Shown here: piece after piece, positions 7,175 through 10,037 of the stretch | Layout: every line of letters starts with the position of its first letter | Numbering within the stretch: the stretch's first letter is position 1 | DNA from: Octopus sinensis | Lineage: Eukaryota | DNA length: 10,037 nt | Assembly (NCBI RefSeq): GCF_006345805.1 | Contig: NW_021827662.1 | Coordinates: forward strand, 1-10,037 | Direction of reading: 5' to 3' | The notes under the pieces: generated by a model | What the model was told of the DNA's origin: nothing | Seen by the model: only the letters and a program-made list of their open reading frames with translations | Databases searched by the model: none | Translations under genes and position numbers: made by a program

Positions 7175-8033
7175 AATAGCCTTCAAGGAAGAATCCTTTG
7201 ACTTCAATGCACTTCTTGATGGGTCCCAGTAACATCATAAGGGCCAAATGCAAGTCCTGTAAAGTGAAGGTGTCGAAGACGTTTGTCACTGTCTCCCTCT
7301 TCAAAACGACAGCCCGTGAGGCTCTCCTTCATCGTAGAGAGCTACCAAAAGTCACACAGCGAGCGAGCAAGGTCTGGATAGTAGAAGACGTGAGGGGCAC
7401 TTCTGATGCCCGTCTCTGCCCAGTAGTTGGTTAGCAGGATATTCATCACTAAGCGCCCTGGGAACACACTTTGCGCATGTATTCATGAATAATTATGTGT
7501 ACAATTGCAACATTGCGAATTACCTCAACGAGATCTGATGTTTTGACATCCCTCACCCTCCTATACTTCACATGCTCTTTCATCTCTTCTCAAACACCAT
7601 TGGAACTCTTAGGCCAGCGAAAAAATTAATCCATAAATGTTGTTTTTGTTCCTTCTCGAGCCATTCCTGGCTCATAAGGACCGGTTTCACGGTTACATTT
7701 GTGTATAGGTTGACCGTCTGGACGAAACGCCGGTTCGTTGCAGGTCAGTAGCTAGATGCAGGAGGAAAGAGTGAGAAAAAGCTGTGGCAAAAGAGTCGGC
7801 AGAGGTTTGCCATTACCTTCTGCCGGAGCCGCATACAGTTTAGGTGTTTCGCTCATAAACACACACATCGCCCGGTCTGAGATTCGAACCTACGATCCCT
7901 TGGCCGCGAGTCCGCTGCTCCAACCACTAGGCCATGGGCTTCCTAATCTATAAATAGTCTGGATCATTTCATAAGTTTCTGCAGCGTTTTTCACCAGTTT
8001 AACTCCAACATTTATTGCATTGCTTGTTTCATG
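7175..8033 (-). pseudogene. Mariner transposase pseudogene 2
   Basis: Minus-strand blocks in order: KLVKNAAETYEMIQTIY (7950-8000); SINE; FRWPK…RVRDVKTSDLVEVIRN; VAIVHIIIHEYMRKVC; VPRALSDE (7442-7465); ILLTNYWAETGIRSAPHVFYYPDLARSLCDFW*…KESLTGCRF, where YYPDLA (7366-7383) is the YSPDLAP motif with the third catalytic Asp; VTNVFDTFTLQD…KKCIEVKGFFLEG. Stops and frameshifts throughout. Confidence 0.85.
7639..7943 (-). mobile_element. Full-length tRNA-derived SINE (family B) with RTE/BovB-like segments; 12-bp TSD
   Basis: A box TGGCCTAGTGG (7924-7934) and B box GGTTCGAATC (7881-7890). GCAGAAGGTAATGGCAAACC (7804-7823) resembles the Bov-A/RTE AGAAGGAAATGGCAACCC motif. 3' hairpin GAGCCA-GGAA-TGGCTC (7658-7673) and short AAC tail. 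Flanks TAATCCATAAAT (7627-7638) and TAATCTATAAAT (7944-7955) match at 11/12. Confidence 0.92.
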
Positions 8034-8544
8034 TCTCTATTGTATTTTGCAAAATAGTTAGATGTGACAAGTAGTGTTTCGTAGAGTGTGTTCAAAGCGC
8101 TATTACAAAGGTCTCCTTGTATCTAGAATAACAAAAGTGGTCAAGTCGCTTTATTACATGTGTCCTAATGGCATACGAAAATCACATAAGACAGAGGTAG
8201 GTACAAATTATATCAGGCAACTTGAAGGTGTACCCGCAAAACCGCAATTAGCAGGTTGAGCAGAGAGGGCGACAGCAACAGCAACAGAACATTTACCTAT
8301 AATATATAGAATTAATTGTACCTAACACGGCTTTCGTTATCACTATAACTATCTTTCGTAAGTCCTTAATTACATCCAGAAGCCGCTTCTTTGGGATTAT
8401 GTACACCGTTTTGAGGGTTATTATAGTTTCATTTCGGCTTTATTGCTTGCCATCGTACCATTTTCGCGCGTGTAACTCTCCAACAATTAACGTGATGTGT
8501 ACGTCATACTCCCATGTCGATTTTTCTCATATGTAATCCTACAT

Positions 8545-8946
8545 TTTTGTGTGCGTAAGTGTGTGTCTGTATATCTGTGTGTGTGTATGTGTGTGTGGAG
8601 AGTGTGCCTGTACGTGTGTGTGTATATTTAGGTGCGCGTATGTGTATGTCTGTTTGCGTGTATATAGTTTGTGTATATGTGTGTCCCTGTATCTGTGTAT
8701 GTGTTAGTGTGCGTGTACATGTGTGTGTGTATCAGTTTGCGTGTATATGTGTATGTGTGTGTGTGGGAATGTGCCTGTACGTGTGTGTGTATATATGGGT
8801 GCGCGTATGTGTATGTCTGTTTGCGTGTATATAGTGTGTGTATATGTGTGTCCCTGTATCTGTGTATGTGTTAGTGTGCGTGTACATGCGTGTGTATCAG
8901 TTTGCGTGTATATGTGTGTGTATGTGTGTGTGTATGTGTGTGTGTG
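8545..8946. repeat. GT-rich cryptic microsatellite containing a ~167-bp tandem duplication
   Basis: Marker words recur: gcctg at 8606/8773, ccctg at 8685/8852 and atcag at 8731/8896. Confidence 0.92.
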
Positions 8947-9389
8947 TCCCTCTCACATGTATAATTTTCATCATTTTATACCTATTTTCGACACGTCTCC
9001 TGTAAGTCATATCTTGTTGGCTCTCTTAAAGATATGTTTCTCAACCCACTTTTCCACGTATATCTCCCTGTCACTAATACTTAAGTTGCTTCCACTAACG
9101 TCTTTCTCTCTCCACCTCCCCTCTCATTTCATTATCCCCTATATAAGTCCCTTTATCTGTCCTTGGTACATGATATCGTGGGAATAAAAATGCTACTAGC
9201 AGTTCTTTCATTTACATCACACTGCTATACACACCTCGTTGACCGACATGTTATATATCCGCCACCACTTACCATTTTTACACATTGGTAATTCTCATTG
9301 ATGAATTAACATGCCACAGCTAGTTTTGTCCATTTGGTACGCCCGATGAGTTGAGAGCTGCGAATAATAGTACGTAATCTTATAGATGG

Positions 9390-9420
9390 TATTGTGACGT
9401 AATCATATTACGTCACAATA
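9390..9420. repeat. Perfect inverted repeat: 14-bp arms, 3-nt spacer
   Basis: TATTGTGACGTAAT-cat-ATTACGTCACAATA. Confidence 0.95.
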
Positions 9421-9474
9421 AAGAATCTTAACGAAACAATAGTACAGTACCAGATAACCCGATGATCTGTTTGA

Positions 9475-9476
<2 letters not shown>

Positions 9477-9554
<78 letters not shown>

Positions 9555-9576
9555 CTTATCTATCTATCTATCTATC
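9477..9576. repeat. (TATC)~25 tetranucleotide (GATA-type) microsatellite
   Basis: Read directly, with one interruption near 9555. Confidence 0.98.
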
Positions 9577-9869
9577 GATCGATCCATATATATGCCTATA
9601 TGGGTACAGGATGTCACCAACTGTGTAAACAACATGAAGTACGAAAACAAATGAGTTAAATACGCAAACAATGAAAGAAAAAATGGAAAACAGGACAAGA
9701 TACACCAGAAACGACCCTTCATCAGTTGTCGGCTGTCTACTCCTCATTTCGAGCATTCAATATATACTCAGGGTGCGATTAATAATCTGTCGTCTAAATT
9801 ACGCAAAAATGAAGATTAGCCTGCGGTATAGGCCCCGCTTGGATATTTACATTTTCGAGTTCTGTCTGT

Positions 9870-9945
9870 TTCTCTCTTTTATTATCTCTCTCTCTCTCTC
9901 TCTCTCACCATATTGTCCTCACCCTCCCTCTCTCTCTCTTACTCT
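9870..9945. repeat. (CT)n / pyrimidine-rich tracts
   Basis: Read directly. Confidence 0.9.
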
Positions 9946-10037
9946 CAGAATCAGGAATGGCTGCTGAACAACTTGTACAGCCTCTTAATTGTGTAAATTA
10001 CCGAATGAGCTTTGGTTAGTTGCCAAGGTAACCACAA

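Larger units (their letters stand above)
7100..8060 (-). mobile_element. Mariner transposon remnant 2, internally deleted and interrupted by a SINE; ends uncertain
   Basis: Transposase blocks described in the next feature. No convincing TIR pair was found. Confidence 0.82.

Noticed and set aside
2860-7465. Mariner 1 and mariner 2 as two halves of one element
   Set aside because: Both contain their own N-terminal HTH and VPR linker with clearly different sequences, and their order on the minus strand is incompatible with a single gene.
7870-7943. Functional tRNA gene (Arg-like) on the minus strand
   Set aside because: A and B boxes are present, but acceptor and anticodon stems do not pair properly, and it is fused to a SINE body with tail and TSD.
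6970-8240. Terminal inverted repeats for mariner 2
   Set aside because: Candidates near 6975, 7108 and 8230 share at most ~7 bp of inverted identity, which is not enough to call.
8559-9659. CV-rich and YLSI-repeat ORFs
   Set aside because: They derive from GT-rich and (TATC)n repeats.

Overview
AT-rich, microsatellite-dense eukaryotic non-coding DNA with no intact protein-coding gene. Nearly all long ORFs in the track are translations of simple repeats. The SINE families and repeat style look like a coleoid cephalopod, probably Octopus; this is inferred from family recognition, not a database search. The window is a layered transposon graveyard. It holds two decayed mariner (Tc1/mariner) transposase remnants on the minus strand (~2860-3907 and ~7100-8060), each interrupted by a different tRNA-derived SINE with visible target-site duplications. 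Further whole or half SINE copies flank TA/CA microsatellites. The most unusual part is a stack inside a (TAA)n tract at ~1275-2776: a near-perfect 23-bp tandem array that reiterates the end of an unclassified ~540-bp non-coding element, then (AAT)10, then the 3' end of an R4/Dong-like non-LTR retrotransposon, then a higher-order compound microsatellite. A rearranged, partly inverted second copy of the 540-bp element opens the window. Smaller signals are a perfect 14-bp-stem palindrome carrying two bZIP-type sites, a 167-bp duplication hidden in GT-rich repeat, a candidate 87-nt host exon and a degenerate hammerhead-like motif.
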